From the NCBI GenBank assembly GCA_963845085.1, contig CAWJQI010000005.1, forward strand, positions 288,001 to 352,000: DNA of 64,000 bases. The letters run 5' to 3'. This document shows positions 62,307 through 64,000 of this stretch, piece after piece. Origin of the DNA: Candidatus Fermentibacterota bacterium. Lineage in GTDB: Bacteria; Fermentibacterota; Fermentibacteria; Fermentibacterales; JCC-6. The position numbers were made by a program, and so were the translations under genes. Each line of letters starts with the position of its first letter. The first letter of the stretch is position 1. The notes beneath the pieces are model-generated. The model saw nothing but the letters and a program-made list of their open reading frames with translations, did no database searches and was not told where the DNA came from.

Positions 62307-64000
62307 TGCGCGCCTCCCGATGCAAGAAGCCCGTCGCTGCTGCCCTGAGGTGTGAGCGCTACATCGGGCTCCGACGAGAGGATCCGCGAAACGATCGCCT
62401 GGAAGGCCGGTGCGGCCAGCGTGCTTCCCCAGCGGTAGTAATGCGCGGGCTGATCGATCACAACAACTGCCACCAGCTCGGGGCATTCCGCGGGAACCAT
62501 TCCCGCAAAGGCTGAGAGGTATGCGTTGTTTCCAAGTGCAAGCCTCTCCGCCGTACCGGTCTTGCCGGCAATTCTCACACCCGGGATCATCGCGGAGCGG
62601 CCGGTTCCCTCTTCAACAGCAGCGGTCAGAATGGTCCGGATCAGCGCCGCTGTTTCCGGGGAGATGACCCTGCCGCGTTCGAACACGTTCCAGTGCCGCC
62701 ACACACCGTCCGTGCCGGTGGCACTGACAAGCCTGGGGCCGTAAAGGATGCCTCCGTTGGCGATGGCGCTGTACGCCATGGCAAGTTGAAGGGGGGTGAC
62801 GCAGATTTCCTGGCCGATCGCCAGGTTCGCGCGGCTGACCCCCGACCACATCGAAACCGGGTAAAGGATACCGTCAAGTTCGCCCGGCAGCTCCACGCCA
62901 GTGGCGCGGCCGAATCCGAACCCGCGGCAGTATTCGTAAAGGATCGAATCTGGGATCGACCTCGCCATCATGACGGTTCCCACGTTGCTGCTCTGCGAGA
63001 TGACATCGGACAGGCAGAGCACGCTGTCGATAAGGTGGCTGTCGTGTATCCTCGTGCCCGCCACCTCGAGCCAGCCCTGGGATACGTCGAAGCTGTCGGA
63101 AAGGGAAACGAGATCCTCCTCGAGCGCGGCGGCAAGTGCGAAGGTCTTGAATGTGCTGCCTGGCTCGTGGTTGCTCTGAACGCAGTTGTTCCTTGCCGGC
63201 ACCCCGAGCGAGTCCCTGACGGGATAGCTTGCCATCGCCAGTATGTCGCCGTTCGACGGGTCGACGACCACAACAGCACCCCATGCGGCCCCAGCAAGCT
63301 GAACAGCTTTTTCGAGCTCCTCCTGTGCTATGGCCTGAAAGCGGGCGTCTATCGTGAGGATCACATCAAGGCCGTCCTGCGCCGGTTCGCTCTCCGAATC
63401 GATGTCCCTCAGGCTGTAGTCGTTCCAGGCGCTTCTCTCGAGCGAGGTGTGGCCGGGGATGCCCTGCAGGATCGAATTGAGCTGAAGCTCGAGCCCTTCC
63501 GTGTGATCGGGCGTGCAACGGCCGAGAATGGGGGCCATCGCATCACCCATTGGGTAGGTTCTCCGGTTCAGAACGGTGCAGTTCACCATTCGGGAGCCGT
63601 GGCTCATCACATCAAGCGCCACCGGATAGGGTACATTGTCGGCCAGGACCTGATAACCGGGTTTTCTGTCCAGCGGGACCGGGAAACCGGCCTCGGAGAG
63701 AAGGCCTGCTACCCTGTCGACCTCCGACGCCTGATCCGCGGGCACCCCGGGCCAGTACACACTGAAGCGTGCGAAAGACTCGTTGCCTGCAACCAGGTAG
63801 CCGTTCCTGTCGAAGATCCGCCCGCGACCGGGCTCGACGACCACCTCCACGGTGTTCTGATCGTCGGCAAGCTCGCGCCACCTCCCGTGGTCGATGATCT
63901 GTATTCGGAATAGTGATGCAGCAATGAGAAGAAAGAAAGCCATATTCAGAAGCAGGCACAGCTTCAGCCTGGCTCCAAGCCTCTCGTTGATCCCGTCCCT
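62303..64000 (-). CDS. ftsI: Penicillin-binding protein FtsI (5' end outside the window)
   Basis: EPGSTFK, SSN, KTGT motifs; frame open to the window end. Confidence 0.93.
   Translation of the reverse strand, partial: RDGINERLGARLKLCLLLNMAFFLLIAASLFRIQIIDHGRWRELADDQNTVEVVVEPGRGRIFDRNGYLVAGNESFARFSVYWPGVPADQASEVDRVAGLLSEAGFPVPLDRKPGYQVLADNVPYPVALDVMSHGSRMVNCTVLNRRTYPMGDAMAPILGRCTPDHTEGLELQLNSILQGIPGHTSLERSAWNDYSLRDIDSESEPAQDGLDVILTIDARFQAIAQEELEKAVQLAGAAWGAVVVVDPSNGDILAMASYPVRDSLGVPARNNCVQSNHEPGSTFKTFALAAALEEDLVSLSDSFDVSQGWLEVAGTRIHDSHLIDSVLCLSDVISQSSNVGTVMMARSIPDSILYEYCRGFGFGRATGVELPGELDGILYPVSMWSGVSRANLAIGQEICVTPLQLAMAYSAIANGGILYGPRLVSATGTDGVWRHWNVFERGRVISPETAALIRTILTAAVEEGTGRSAMIPGVRIAGKTGTAERLALGNNAYLSAFAGMVPAECPELVAVVVIDQPAHYYRWGSTLAAPAFQAIVSRILSSEPDVALTPQGSSDGLLASGGAQ

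Noticed and set aside
1..64000. CRISPR array
   Set aside because: No regularly spaced repeat-spacer units or cas genes were recognised.

Overview
This is a 64 kb window of a GC-rich bacterial chromosome with four zones. The QTDWSGGP/FG-GAP secreted proteins with FlgD/T9SS-like tails suggest the FCB group, possibly Ca. Fermentibacterota (inference only). (1) 1-20.6 kb is a housekeeping/accessory block: an HTH-zinc-ribbon regulator, MATE, Mrp/ApbC, MFS, polysaccharide deacetylase, formyltransferase, a CsgG/LPP20/FlgT lipoprotein operon, an atypical GAPDH with a PPDK-like protein, a ZIP transporter, an AbiE toxin-antitoxin pair and secreted proteins. (2) 20.7-22.5 kb is the relic of an older island: an IS3 end, a Fic gene and an integrase-end remnant. 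(3) 22,466-45,565 is a 23 kb tyrosine-integrase island inserted in the 3' end of tmRNA, bounded by a 31-bp direct repeat. It carries int/xis/primase-DUF3987, RadC, a serine recombinase, DUF932, a RecE-like exonuclease, FRG, a DUF433-PIN TA pair, a C-protein operon and secreted cargo. (4) 45.5-64 kb holds tmRNA, rpmB, a radical SAM gene and the dcw cluster (ftsI to ftsZ). Highlights: an unannotated candidate selenoprotein (CxxU with a SECIS-like hairpin); an integrase whose C-terminal tail is swapped in frame by its own recombination; a tmRNA whose tag reads only (A)AA-stop; and an Esp1396I-like C-box/C-protein switch in front of non-RM genes. Many island genes are frameshifted, which may be uncorrected sequencing indels. 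All family calls are by motif recognition; no searches were run.
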